Positions 29,714 through 39,381 of a stretch of DNA of 64,000 nt are shown here, one piece after another. The translations under genes and the position numbers were made by a program. The notes under the pieces were generated by a model. The model searched no databases. It was not told the DNA's origin and saw nothing but the letters and a program-made list of their open reading frames with translations. Where the stretch lies: the IMG/VR virus record IMGVR_UViG_3300005326_000042, positions 64,001 to 128,000 of that record; one strand, 5' to 3'. The DNA is from a virus (taxonomy: Duplodnaviria > Heunggongvirae > Uroviricota > Caudoviricetes). Numbering within the stretch: the first letter of the stretch is position 1; each line of letters starts with the position of its first letter.

Positions 29714-29915
29714 AAAGAATAAACTTGAAGTTGTTAAGTCCGAAATAAAGAACATGGAGATGAACATCTATCGTGTTGGTCTCCAGGCTAAAATAAATGA
29801 AATGCTCGGAAAAGGAACTGAAGCTTTACTAAAAGAAATTGATGGTTTTGAAAAAGCTTTGGTTTTTCTTAAAGAGGAGGAAGAGAGGGTTACGGCGGAG
29901 GAAGATACGAAGTAG
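29703..29915 (+). CDS. Small coiled-coil protein
   Basis: GGTGGT RBS; overlap with the GT gene. Confidence 0.55.
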   Translation: MVCKKNKLEVVKSEIKNMEMNIYRVGLQAKINEMLGKGTEALLKEIDGFEKALVFLKEEEERVTAEEDTK

Positions 29916-29942
29916 ACTACAAGTATTTAAACATTTCTCTTC

Positions 29943-29986
29943 TCATTTTTATCTAATTAATTATTTTAAAAACCAAATTATACTAA
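29943..29986 (+). promoter_or_regulatory. Putative late promoter motif
   Basis: TCATTTTTATCTAATTAATTATTTTAAAAACCAAATTATACTAA; variant of the motif at 41550 and 60547. Confidence 0.6.
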
Positions 29987-30014
29987 CTAAAGTAAACATC
30001 ACCCCAGAATCTGG

Positions 30015-30797
30015 GTGAGCTATATGACTGCGAACTGGAAAAACAACAGAGATCGGTTAGAAAAACCGACTTTTGAATCCAAGACAACTACGCTTAATAC
30101 TTATGCAAACGTAGCTGTTACTTCTGCGGATAGTGTAACATTTTGGAATACCGAAGGACTTCATACCAAAGTACTTCGATTTACTGCGACTACCAATAAT
30201 TTGCTTGTAAAAATATTGGGTTCTCTGGATAGTGCGGGAACATTTCCCGACACCGTGGAAGCTGAGTTTGCAGTAAACGTTGGAACCCCAGTTCGAAAAA
30301 CCATAGCTAATTATTATGATGCTTTAAGGGTTCAGGTAAAACCTGCGGCCGATAATGTACATGGGACTCTGGCAGTCCAGGCTAGAGGGTCTACGGGTAC
30401 TGATCCGACTGATACGGAGATAACGGTTGGAGACGTTGATGCCAACTTGCAGGTTGGAGATGTTGATGTAGGGGCCGCGAATCCTGTGCCGGTTTCTATG
30501 TCTGCAAGTATGGCAACTACAATCGCTGTAGAGAATGTTACACTTACAGTTGTCGATACCGAATACAGTTATACAATCCCAAATAACTGTAAATCTATTG
30601 AATTCTGGTCTAGAAATGGATATCCAGTTAGATTTGAATTTACAACTGGACATGTAGCTACTCCAACTGGAGATTACCTAACACTTAAATCAAACAACAC
30701 TTATGCAAGTCCACCGTCTCTCAATCTGTCTTCCAAGACAGTTTACTTCGCCTCTGACAACGCTGGCGACATCGTGGAAATTTTGGCTTGGAGCTGA
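30015..30797 (+). CDS. Putative virion structural/fibre-adaptor protein
   Basis: Beta-rich, Thr/Val-rich; VGDVDANLQVGDVDVGAANPVPV linker typical of phage fibre proteins; follows the late motif. Confidence 0.55.
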   Translation: MSYMTANWKNNRDRLEKPTFESKTTTLNTYANVAVTSADSVTFWNTEGLHTKVLRFTATTNNLLVKILGSLDSAGTFPDTVEAEFAVNVGTPVRKTIANYYDALRVQVKPAADNVHGTLAVQARGSTGTDPTDTEITVGDVDANLQVGDVDVGAANPVPVSMSASMATTIAVENVTLTVVDTEYSYTIPNNCKSIEFWSRNGYPVRFEFTTGHVATPTGDYLTLKSNNTYASPPSLNLSSKTVYFASDNAGDIVEILAWS

Positions 30798-30801
30798 GAA
30801 A

Positions 30802-32400
30802 ATGCCACAGAAATTAGATAAGGCTCCAAAGGGCGCATACGATGCCATAGTCTTCATCGAAGGTAGCCAGGTCGTGGCGGAGGATGCGGATGGGAGGAAG
30901 ATAGCTAGTGGAGTGGCTGGGACGGACGATACCACCGTATTTCAGGCTGCTGCAAATAATTATGCCGGGGTGATTGATGTCGGATCAAACGGTCTTATCT
31001 TAAATGATACCATACAACTTCAGGACGGGCATATCATAAATGGCAATGGCCGCAACATCGATGTGCAAGGACTTAATAGTGTGTTATTCAATTTTGTCGG
31101 AACCAGGAAAGACACTACTTCTCGTATCGCCGGTGTTCGCGATGTTCGTGCTCTTGGCCTTGTCAGCAATACGGGGTGCATTTTTTCGCAATTCAATGAC
31201 ATGGATTATTGCCAGCCAATCGTCGAAAATATTTATCTTCAGCGCGTTGCCAGTGGCGTATGGCTAACAGGAGATTGTTATAACTCTATAATCAGAGATC
31301 TTTATTGGCTCGGTATCGGTCCAGATGGCATAGGCGTGAAACTCACCAGAGGCGGTGGCTATTCACACAATACCACGATTGACCATTTTGTCGCTGGACA
31401 AAATTGGATAACTACGCTTGGAGGATATCCACTTTATCCGATTTGGATCGACAATGATCAGTCGTCCATTAATATGAATAATATTTGGATCGAGGGAATT
31501 TTTCAGCATGGTATACACACTGGAAGTCTATCCTCAATCATGGTGTTAGATTCTGTTGTGAATATCGGTCGTCCTACTCCAACTGATTACGTCGTGAACG
31601 AACTAGATGGCGTCAGTCGAGCCACATTCAGCAACGTTACAATGGTCGTCGGTGGCACTCGGATTACGGGTGCGTGTGGTAGAATTGATTTCCACCACTG
31701 CAATAACTGGACTATGTATGCTAACTATGGTGGATACCTCCTCGACATCCAAGCAAATGCAACAATAGAGAAATTGTCTATAGATCATTGTGAAATTGTT
31801 ACTCAGCTTGCATGGCCTACACTCAATTTTGCATCTGGAACTAATGTAAAATCATTTAACTTCAGTGATAACACGGTTTCAGGCAAGACCACCGGAACCG
31901 ATAAAGGTAGATTCTTGTTAACCGATGCAACTTCGGTTATTGGTTATTTCGATATGCATGATAATATATTCCGTGACATTGTGCTAACTCCTAATACGTA
32001 TTGGCTCCGATTGCAAAACACCGCTGGCAATCTCGATGGCCGAATTCATTCCAACACATTCAGAAACATTTCTGTTCCTGGGCCACTCCCGTTGATATCA
32101 ATTGTAGGCGGGTTGGAAGTATATAATAATAAAATATCTGGGTGTACCGGCACTATTACACTTGGATTGTGTAACGTTCATAACAACGATGGTCATCTCA
32201 CTGAATCCTCCGGTTCCTCCACAGGCACAGACTCCGAGCAAACCATCGCCCACGGTCTAGCCGCAATCCCAACCGGCTGCAAAGCATGGATCAAGTATCT
32301 TGTAGGCGCGAGATACGTCACCGAGATGATACCCTTTGATGCAACCAACGTGTATCCGACAGTTGCATCAGGGGTTGCTTATGAATGGAGGATAGAATAA
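30802..32400 (+). CDS. Tailspike-like right-handed beta-helix (pectate-lyase-like) receptor-binding protein
   Basis: Start likely ATG 30802; GTDDTTVFQAA N-terminus, repeated N/I-x-x-N beta-helix turns, C-terminal TIAHGL domain. Confidence 0.75.
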   Translation: MPQKLDKAPKGAYDAIVFIEGSQVVAEDADGRKIASGVAGTDDTTVFQAAANNYAGVIDVGSNGLILNDTIQLQDGHIINGNGRNIDVQGLNSVLFNFVGTRKDTTSRIAGVRDVRALGLVSNTGCIFSQFNDMDYCQPIVENIYLQRVASGVWLTGDCYNSIIRDLYWLGIGPDGIGVKLTRGGGYSHNTTIDHFVAGQNWITTLGGYPLYPIWIDNDQSSINMNNIWIEGIFQHGIHTGSLSSIMVLDSVVNIGRPTPTDYVVNELDGVSRATFSNVTMVVGGTRITGACGRIDFHHCNNWTMYANYGGYLLDIQANATIEKLSIDHCEIVTQLAWPTLNFASGTNVKSFNFSDNTVSGKTTGTDKGRFLLTDATSVIGYFDMHDNIFRDIVLTPNTYWLRLQNTAGNLDGRIHSNTFRNISVPGPLPLISIVGGLEVYNNKISGCTGTITLGLCNVHNNDGHLTESSGSSTGTDSEQTIAHGLAAIPTGCKAWIKYLVGARYVTEMIPFDATNVYPTVASGVAYEWRIE

Positions 32401-32778
32401 ATGAAAACTGTTTATATTTTTTTGGCAATAATTCTAATTATTGGATCGACTCAGGGTATGGGAATAACAACAGCACTAAATCGAACAGTGACTACAACCC
32501 CAGGAATTGTGTACTTCGTGGGGAACGCGACATATAATCAGACTGTTACGCTTCCAGATGCGGCGACCGTTGGCTGGAAAGGTTATATGATTCCTTTTAT
32601 AGTTGTTGTTGATCCAGGAGCAAATTACTTTAGAATTAATGCAACTGGTGGAGATGACATCTCAGGAAACAACTGTTATGTGACCACGGATGCGGTTGCT
32701 TCTTTAATCCTGACAAGCGACGGTACGAACTATAGAGTTATTGGGACACCGCTAGGAACTTGGAATAGTCATGCATGA
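32401..32778 (+). CDS. Small signal-peptide protein; paralog of the C-terminal domain of 60631-62007
   Basis: Hydrophobic N-terminus; VVDPxANYxRINATGGDDI...SDGTNY shared. Confidence 0.7.
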   Translation: MKTVYIFLAIILIIGSTQGMGITTALNRTVTTTPGIVYFVGNATYNQTVTLPDAATVGWKGYMIPFIVVVDPGANYFRINATGGDDISGNNCYVTTDAVASLILTSDGTNYRVIGTPLGTWNSHA

Positions 32779-32790
32779 AGAAATGGAATA

Positions 32791-32820
32791 GCGGGTTTAT
32801 TACCTGCTATCTATTTTTTA
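32791..32820 (+). terminator. Hairpin plus T-tract terminator
   Basis: ATAGCGGG-tttatta-CCTGCTAT followed by a T run. Confidence 0.55.
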
Positions 32821-32930
32821 TCTACAAACCAATTATTAGTAAATATCCCTAGTGTTATCTTTTTCTCCCGCAACCTTTAAATACAATAAAATATATTATC
32901 ATCTAACACTCTTTTTCTGGAGAATCTTTA

Positions 32931-33533
32931 ATGCAGAAACCAAAATCTTATGAAGAAATGGAACATGAAATTTCTAAGGTCTTATCTGAAGCCAAAAAAA
33001 TAAGACAAAAATCGCAAGCTAAATACGGATTTCATTTTATAGATAACTATGATGAGTTCGGGCCTCTCGGTTTTAGGGTGAACGACGAAGAAATTTCTGC
33101 GAGGTTGAAGACACTTTCTGAATCTTACCTTAAGGCGGAAGATAAGAGGAAATGGTTTGTAGAAAATAGGGATACACTTAGAAATGTTCTTTACGATAAG
33201 TTAAACTTTTGTGCTCTTTTTCTTTATTATCTGGAGAATACGTATTGGAACGATTCTCATCCACCTAGGATAGCATCTGATTCTTATCCCAAACCTTCTT
33301 ACGCAAGTCCTTCGAAAGTGGGTAAATTTGGCAAGAAAATACTCAACGATATTGTGAAGACATCACCCTCGATCCTCCCGCGTGAGTTGAATGAGGCTTT
33401 AAGAGAAAGGGATAAAACTCATGAGTATGTAATAAATATCTGTAATCTCGAAGATTTTGTTAATCCAGAGAAAGTTAAAGAACAACTAAAGAAAATTATT
33501 GACGACTCCTTTTCTCAATCATGGGTTGATTAA
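32931..33533 (+). CDS. Hypothetical protein
   Basis: 200-aa ORF after a TATA promoter (~32870). Confidence 0.65.
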   Translation: MQKPKSYEEMEHEISKVLSEAKKIRQKSQAKYGFHFIDNYDEFGPLGFRVNDEEISARLKTLSESYLKAEDKRKWFVENRDTLRNVLYDKLNFCALFLYYLENTYWNDSHPPRIASDSYPKPSYASPSKVGKFGKKILNDIVKTSPSILPRELNEALRERDKTHEYVINICNLEDFVNPEKVKEQLKKIIDDSFSQSWVD

Positions 33534-33534
33534 A

Positions 33535-34188
33535 ATGCCGCCGAGAAATATATCATACAGTCAGGTTTCTTGCTACGCGAAATGTCCTTATCAGTTTTAT
33601 TTGAAGTACGTTTTGGGCGAGAAAGAACCTATAAAATCTCCTGCACTTGAGTTGGGTTCTAAAGTACACGATATGATTGCGAAAGGGATGTTTGTATCGA
33701 GCGACCCCACTGAACAAACAATGCTTACCAACGCAAAAAAATTTCTCGACTCTATGCCTTCTGGTGGAATATCTGAAACGAGCTTTAATGATCCACACAA
33801 TCCGGGGAGATTCTACGGTTCGGTTTGCGGGCAAAGCGCGGTAGCAGTTTTTGATGTTTATTGGGAGCCAGAAGTGTCCACTGGTTGTGATTTCAAATCT
33901 GGAAAATTTTACAGTTCTTATACGGATCAATTTGAAATGCAATGTTACTTTTTAAATGAAACATTTAAGCAGAAATATGATCAGAACTTGAAGAAATTTC
34001 ATTTTCTCTTCTTAAGAGACGGCTCTGTTTATAGTCCAAAACTACTTACTGAGGATAAAATAAAAAATAAAACAGAGAAAGCTATAAAAAAAGTCCTATT
34101 TGGGATTTCTGAAGGCAATTATGAGAAGAAATGTTCAAGCTTCTGTAACTATTGTGGAATGAATACTATTTGTGCTTTAGGTTTGTGA
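33535..34188 (+). CDS. PD-(D/E)XK nuclease, Cas4/RecB-like, with Fe-S staple cysteines
   Basis: ISYSQ..Y.KCP..FYL.Y, LGSKVH, DFKSG, QMQCY, C-terminal CxxCxxCxxxxxC. Confidence 0.85.
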   Translation: MPPRNISYSQVSCYAKCPYQFYLKYVLGEKEPIKSPALELGSKVHDMIAKGMFVSSDPTEQTMLTNAKKFLDSMPSGGISETSFNDPHNPGRFYGSVCGQSAVAVFDVYWEPEVSTGCDFKSGKFYSSYTDQFEMQCYFLNETFKQKYDQNLKKFHFLFLRDGSVYSPKLLTEDKIKNKTEKAIKKVLFGISEGNYEKKCSSFCNYCGMNTICALGL

Positions 34189-35054
34189 TTTTTGTGAAGA
34201 ACGATTTAACTCCTGAAGAAAAGGCAATTAAAAAGAAGGAAAATCAAAAAAGATATTTAGAAAAACATAGAATAGAATTAAATGAAAAGAGTAAAATCTA
34301 TTACCAAGAAAATAAAGATTACTATCAGAAATATCGTGAAGTTTATTATATGGAAAATAAGGAGGATCTTTTAGCGTCGAGAAGAGAAAGATATCAAGAA
34401 AATAAAGAATCTATAAGCAAAAGAAGGAAAGAACTTAGGAATCGTCCAGAGGAAAAAGAAAAGAGGCGGCTTCGCTATGAACGTGAAAAAGACAATATAA
34501 GTGAAAAAAGAAGGATAGAATATTTAGAATTAAAAGAGAAGATATATAAAATATTAGGGAAGAAGTGTAATATTTGTGGCATAACTACCGAAAAATACTT
34601 AACCCTAGATCATAAAAACGGAGGAGGAAGAAAGGACAGGAAAGCTAGTGGCGGAAAGATTGGTATTTTAAGACGGTTGAGGAAAAATGGTTGGTCTAAA
34701 AAAGAGATTATATCTGAATTTCAAATCTTATGTTTTAATTGCAATTGTAGTAGAGGGACTAGAGATTATTTTGATATAGACCCTAAGTTTTTAAATGTTA
34801 GACAATGCGGGAATATTAAAATATGGAAAGAAGCATACAATTTCTTTGGCGGAAAGTGCGAAATATGTGGCGAGACCGAAATAAAATATCTTACAATTGA
34901 TCATAGAAATAAAGATGGAGCAGAACGCAGAAGAAATGGAGAAGGTGGAAGCGTAAGATTATTGCGCCAATTTAGGAAACTAAAATGGAACGAATCCATC
35001 AGAAATGATTTTAGGATGCTTTGTTATAATTGTAACTGTAGTCAAGATTTGTAA
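34152..35054 (+). CDS. Endonuclease with two tandem HNH-like domains and a basic N-terminal helix
   Basis: CNICG..LTLDHKNG..QILCFNCN and CEICG..LTIDHRNK..RMLCYNCN; start codon uncertain. Confidence 0.8.
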   Translation: MWNEYYLCFRFVIFVKNDLTPEEKAIKKKENQKRYLEKHRIELNEKSKIYYQENKDYYQKYREVYYMENKEDLLASRRERYQENKESISKRRKELRNRPEEKEKRRLRYEREKDNISEKRRIEYLELKEKIYKILGKKCNICGITTEKYLTLDHKNGGGRKDRKASGGKIGILRRLRKNGWSKKEIISEFQILCFNCNCSRGTRDYFDIDPKFLNVRQCGNIKIWKEAYNFFGGKCEICGETEIKYLTIDHRNKDGAERRRNGEGGSVRLLRQFRKLKWNESIRNDFRMLCYNCNCSQDL

Positions 35055-35067
35055 GAGGAGGTTTAAA

Positions 35068-35421
35068 ATGTCTAAAAAGAAAGGTCCATATTGTCCAGAC
35101 TTTAGTCTAGTTGCTGGAAAGAAAACCCCTTGTCTCAAGGAAGAATGCGAGTGGTGGATGAGTCTTGAAGGTAAAGAAATCCAAGGTAAGAAGATTGAAG
35201 GATATTGTCTCAAAAAATCAGACTCTTTCAATATGGGAGATGTTTCTTGTACCCTTGATGAGATAAAAGAACATCTTTGTGTAATCGCCCAAGCGTTTTT
35301 TAACGGAATGCAGCAAAATCAACAGCCAGGATGTACTCAACAGACAACTCCAGAAGGCGAGGCAGATTATGGGACAGTTATTGAAGAGTCCAGAAAGACG
35401 GAAGTGAATGGGTATGGGTAA
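35068..35421 (+). CDS. Cys-rich hypothetical protein (possible Zn binding)
   Basis: GGAGG RBS at ATG 35068; YCP...C.KE.C.WW...YC. Confidence 0.6.
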   Translation: MSKKKGPYCPDFSLVAGKKTPCLKEECEWWMSLEGKEIQGKKIEGYCLKKSDSFNMGDVSCTLDEIKEHLCVIAQAFFNGMQQNQQPGCTQQTTPEGEADYGTVIEESRKTEVNGYG

Positions 35422-35629
35422 ATTAAACGATTTAATTATCTTTTATGCCGCAGCTATGATCGGATTATGCTCTATCGGCATAGGGAGAATCTGGATTTCT
35501 GTACATACTGGAGATTTAGATCAATTATTGGCTATGATTTTGATGTGTTTTGGGTTTGTTGAGATAATTATGCTGGTTTTGACTGAAATCAATATGTATT
35601 TTGTGGGAAGAAGGAGGTTGAGAGGGTGA
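35408..35629 (+). CDS. Two-TM membrane protein
   Basis: Two hydrophobic helices. Confidence 0.5.
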   Translation: MGMGKLNDLIIFYAAAMIGLCSIGIGRIWISVHTGDLDQLLAMILMCFGFVEIIMLVLTEINMYFVGRRRLRG

Positions 35630-36159
35630 GAGTGGCAGTGGATATCGATTCAGTGATTGCAGACCTTATGGGTTCTCTTATACCTAGATTGAATCAAGAA
35701 TATGATTTAAATCTCAAATATGAAGATATTACAACGTGGGATCACCCCATTTGCGGCCATTCTATAGGTGAGGACATTAAAAGATACCTTGCAGATCCGA
35801 AATTTGTCTTAAATATTGAACCAATTGAGGGTTCTATAGAAGCTGTAAGGCAATTACATAAGAAACACGAGGTGATTGTGGCGACGGGCCGTCCGAATTA
35901 CTGTAAAAGCTCAACTTTACATTGGTTAATTGACAAATATCCACATGATAAAGTTGTCTTTGGTTCAGAAAAGACGGTTCAGAGGTTGGGAGCACAGGTT
36001 CTCGTTGATGATGCGTCCCATTATTTAGACAGATTCCTTAAATCTGGAGGCATAATGGGGATTTTAATGAGCTGTCCTTGGAATCAAAAGTGTAATACTG
36101 GCTTCCGCGCGGCCAATTGGAATAGTATTTTAGAAATAATTGATACTTTGGGTGATTAA
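35626..36159 (+). CDS. 5'(3')-deoxyribonucleotidase, NT5C/HAD family
   Basis: VAVDIDSVIAD motif I, ATGR motif II, K, LVDD motif IV. Confidence 0.88.
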   Translation: MRVAVDIDSVIADLMGSLIPRLNQEYDLNLKYEDITTWDHPICGHSIGEDIKRYLADPKFVLNIEPIEGSIEAVRQLHKKHEVIVATGRPNYCKSSTLHWLIDKYPHDKVVFGSEKTVQRLGAQVLVDDASHYLDRFLKSGGIMGILMSCPWNQKCNTGFRAANWNSILEIIDTLGD

Positions 36160-36379
36160 ATGCTCTCTGACGAAGAAAAGAAGCTCTTGGATGGAGCGTA
36201 TTCCAACCTTTTTGGAGCGAAACAGTATCTTTTTAAGGAAAATTTGAGTTCTGAAGAGAAAAATATGATAAAATTTCTAATTTCTTCTGCTCAGGAGAAG
36301 ATTAAGAAGGTGAGAGGAAATAAATAATATACTTTCCTATCACAAACTTTAAATAGTATAAAATTACATATTATAATAA

Positions 36380-36769
36380 ATGTCTCATAAAAATTCCGAC
36401 AAGCGCCGCGCCTATAAGAAGGCGTGGGCCAAGAAAAATAAGTCGAAAACCAAAAATTATAGTAAAAATTGGCGTAATAAGATCAAAACATGGTATCTTG
36501 AACTAAAATCTAACGGTTTTTGTGTAATTTGCGGAGAAGGCAGAAGTGCAGTCTTGGAGCTGCATCACAGACTTCCGTCTGAAAAAACTTTCTCTATCTA
36601 TGAAGGCGTAAAACGCGGAATTTCTCTCAAAAGACTCCAACTTGAGGTCGCTAAATGTTCATTTTTGTGTAATAAATGCCACAGACTTTTACATACTGAT
36701 GCTTTAACCGATTGGGAGAAGAAACAATGGAGAAGACATATAGAGGATCTAGAAAGTGGGGAGTCCTAG
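36380..36769 (+). CDS. HNH endonuclease
   Basis: CVICG...LELHH...EVAKC..LCNKCHRLLH; own TATA promoter. Confidence 0.85.
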   Translation: MSHKNSDKRRAYKKAWAKKNKSKTKNYSKNWRNKIKTWYLELKSNGFCVICGEGRSAVLELHHRLPSEKTFSIYEGVKRGISLKRLQLEVAKCSFLCNKCHRLLHTDALTDWEKKQWRRHIEDLESGES

Positions 36770-36998
36770 TGTATGATCACTACAGGAAACTATTTATAGG
36801 TTAAGAGATACTGTAATGGATGTACTATTTTGGTGTGATTTAAATGTCTGACGATAACGAATTCTTTTTACTCTGGAAGCGAGACGGCTTCGAGCGATGG
36901 TTCTCAATAAATTTAGGAGAACCTGAGAATGTTGTCTATGCCCTCCTTGGTTTGGGGCTTATAAAGGAGATACCTAATGTGGACGGGGAGATGGAGTA

Positions 36999-37361
36999 AT
37001 GGAATACTCAGTCTACGATTTGGAAACCTGCATCCAGCAGGGAGAAATCCTTGAGAAACAGCTTTTGGAAAATGAGTTTCTAGAAGAAGAAATCCACAAG
37101 TCCCTCGCCCGCCAGGGATTCGGGAAACAGGTCTGGAAGTATGATGTTTGGAAACATGGTGCAGACGCTGATGTGATTGTTGTGTTTTCTCAGAATAAGG
37201 AGTGGTTGGAGAAAGTTAGCTTTGTTACTTATAACGAAGGTTACGATAAGGACAAGGCATATGATGTTGATGGGAAGATATTGGAGTCTCCCAGTGATGC
37301 TTATTTCATGGATTGGAATCCGAAGATGGGAGAACTTAAGATAGTGCCGAAGGTGTTTTAA
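36999..37361 (+). CDS. Hypothetical protein
   Basis: GGAG RBS; 120 aa. Confidence 0.6.
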   Translation: MEYSVYDLETCIQQGEILEKQLLENEFLEEEIHKSLARQGFGKQVWKYDVWKHGADADVIVVFSQNKEWLEKVSFVTYNEGYDKDKAYDVDGKILESPSDAYFMDWNPKMGELKIVPKVF

Positions 37362-38231
37362 ATGAACGAAAAATTTCCTGAAATTGTGACGAATCCTGAG
37401 TTGATTCGAGCTAATATACGATCTGTTGTAGATAAGTGTTTTCCGACTTTTAGATTCCCCTTAAAATTTGGAAGTATGTCTATAACTGACGGCAATGTAG
37501 ATACTATGGATTGCGCTGGAGTAAGAACGGAATTTTCAGAAAAGGACTTGGATAGTAAAACTTTCGTCCAAGATGTTAAAGATGTTTATGAGGTAATGGG
37601 TTGGAACATTGTAGATCGACTGTGGAAAGACTTTATTGGTGAATTAAAACAATGTAAGCCGCGTGGAATGGTTAGATGCCAAGCCGACAGCTTTACTCCT
37701 TGGTCTAAAAGTTCCAATCCTTATATAAATCTCGGATTTCTCTGTGAAGATATAGACGAGGAAGACGAAAACCGAATCAACGGATATAGACTCGATACTT
37801 TTCTGGTGTGTGAGAAAGATTTCTATAAGTTTGTGACGAACTCCATAGTAAAAGAGAAGGTAGATGAAGAAATTACTAAGATCAAGGGAGCATATGAAGC
37901 AGCGGTTTATCTGAAGGGGCATTGTGATGATATCAGGTATTCTTTAAAAACTCGTGAACCAGGGATCTGGGTAATTGGTGTTCCAGATGATATACTACCC
38001 GAAGGTTCTTTAATTGGAATTTGTTCTTATGAACGCAAATCTGGCGTTAATCTCTATGTGGTTGTTGATCGACATTTTGGATCTATATATAAAAAAGATA
38101 ATATTTTAGGAACTCCCATAAATGTCAGAGTTGTTGAAGACGAAAATTCCGTAAAGATTACCGCTTGGCTTAAGATGTTTGTAGACATTGAGGACGCAAA
38201 GGATGTATTTTGTTTGGAGAATGTGATTTAG
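37362..38231 (+). CDS. Diverged paralog of the major capsid protein with a shortened E-loop region
   Basis: Collinear blocks with MCP 43888-44859: R.EF...DL...TF..DV...Y....WNI.D (14/31 ungapped), WS...NP, GY.LDT..V, PG.WVIGV..D...EG, D..FG, P.NV. Confidence 0.8.
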   Translation: MNEKFPEIVTNPELIRANIRSVVDKCFPTFRFPLKFGSMSITDGNVDTMDCAGVRTEFSEKDLDSKTFVQDVKDVYEVMGWNIVDRLWKDFIGELKQCKPRGMVRCQADSFTPWSKSSNPYINLGFLCEDIDEEDENRINGYRLDTFLVCEKDFYKFVTNSIVKEKVDEEITKIKGAYEAAVYLKGHCDDIRYSLKTREPGIWVIGVPDDILPEGSLIGICSYERKSGVNLYVVVDRHFGSIYKKDNILGTPINVRVVEDENSVKITAWLKMFVDIEDAKDVFCLENVI

Positions 38232-38352
38232 TGAACATAAATTTAGAAAAAGTTGGAATTGGAATATTCTTCCAACTTTTAACTTTAGGAGCTATAAAAA
38301 TAATAGAAATTTATTCTCAAGTTGACTTAATTTAACTTTTTGGTGATTATTT

Positions 38353-39381
38353 ATGATGCATCAAGTCTATTCTAGCGAAGCGGCTGAGTATAAAGACCGC
38401 GAGTGGTTGAGGTTTCAGATATGGGAGTTGGGAAAGAGTAAAAAATATTTGGCGAACGAATATAAATTAGGAGAAACAACCATTCGATATTGGTATAATA
38501 AAAAATATAAGTATAATAATTTAAAATATCAAAAATATTATCGCGAGAGCACTAAAACAAGTGAAGAATCCAGAAAAGATTGCCAAATATATTTTATGAA
38601 ATTATATAAAGACAGAAACTGGCTTTTAACACAAATTAATGTTTTTGGAAAGAGTCAAAGGGAAGTTGCAAAAGAATGTGGGGTTGTTGAGTCTGTTATT
38701 ACTTATTGGTATAATGAGAGTAGTAAAGAAAACAGTAGAAAATATCACATAAAATGGCATAATGATAACATTAATGAAATTAAAGATAAAGGAAAAAAGT
38801 ATCGATCAAAAAATAAAAAAATTATAAGTGAAAAAGGAAAACAAAAACATCGAGATATAAAAATTCAAGTTTTTAATATCTTGGGCGGATGTAAGTGTCA
38901 ATTATGTGATGTAACAGATATAGACAAGTTAAATGTAGATCATATAGATGGAACAGGATATGAGGACAAAAGAAATGGATATGAAGGTCCAAAACTATAT
39001 CGTTCTATTGTAAATAGAACGTACCCACGGAGTTTATCTAACCTTAGAGTCCTTTGTTGGAACCATAATCTTGCTAGAACCAGAGAATATTTGGATCTTC
39101 CTCCAGAAAAACAAACTAAAGGACAAAAACATAAAACCAAGCTTTGGAAAGAGGCACTTGAGTTCTTTGGCCCTTGTCCATGTGGAATAACAGAGTTAAA
39201 ATTTTTAACTATATCTCATATTCACAACGATGGGGCAGAACGTAGAAGAAGCGGAGAACCCAAGGCACATGGGCTTCTTGGTCGTTTTCGTCAACTTGGT
39301 TATCCCCAATCTCTCAAAAACGATTACCGTCTAGAATGCGCCAACTGTAACTGTTCTCGCCGCGCGGAGGAAGAAGAATAG
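38353..39381 (+). CDS. Double HNH-like endonuclease with N-terminal HTH repeats
   Basis: CQLC..LNVDHID..LRVLCWNHN plus CPCG..LTISHIHNDG..LECANCNC; paralog of 40634. Confidence 0.8.
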   Translation: MMHQVYSSEAAEYKDREWLRFQIWELGKSKKYLANEYKLGETTIRYWYNKKYKYNNLKYQKYYRESTKTSEESRKDCQIYFMKLYKDRNWLLTQINVFGKSQREVAKECGVVESVITYWYNESSKENSRKYHIKWHNDNINEIKDKGKKYRSKNKKIISEKGKQKHRDIKIQVFNILGGCKCQLCDVTDIDKLNVDHIDGTGYEDKRNGYEGPKLYRSIVNRTYPRSLSNLRVLCWNHNLARTREYLDLPPEKQTKGQKHKTKLWKEALEFFGPCPCGITELKFLTISHIHNDGAERRRSGEPKAHGLLGRFRQLGYPQSLKNDYRLECANCNCSRRAEEEE

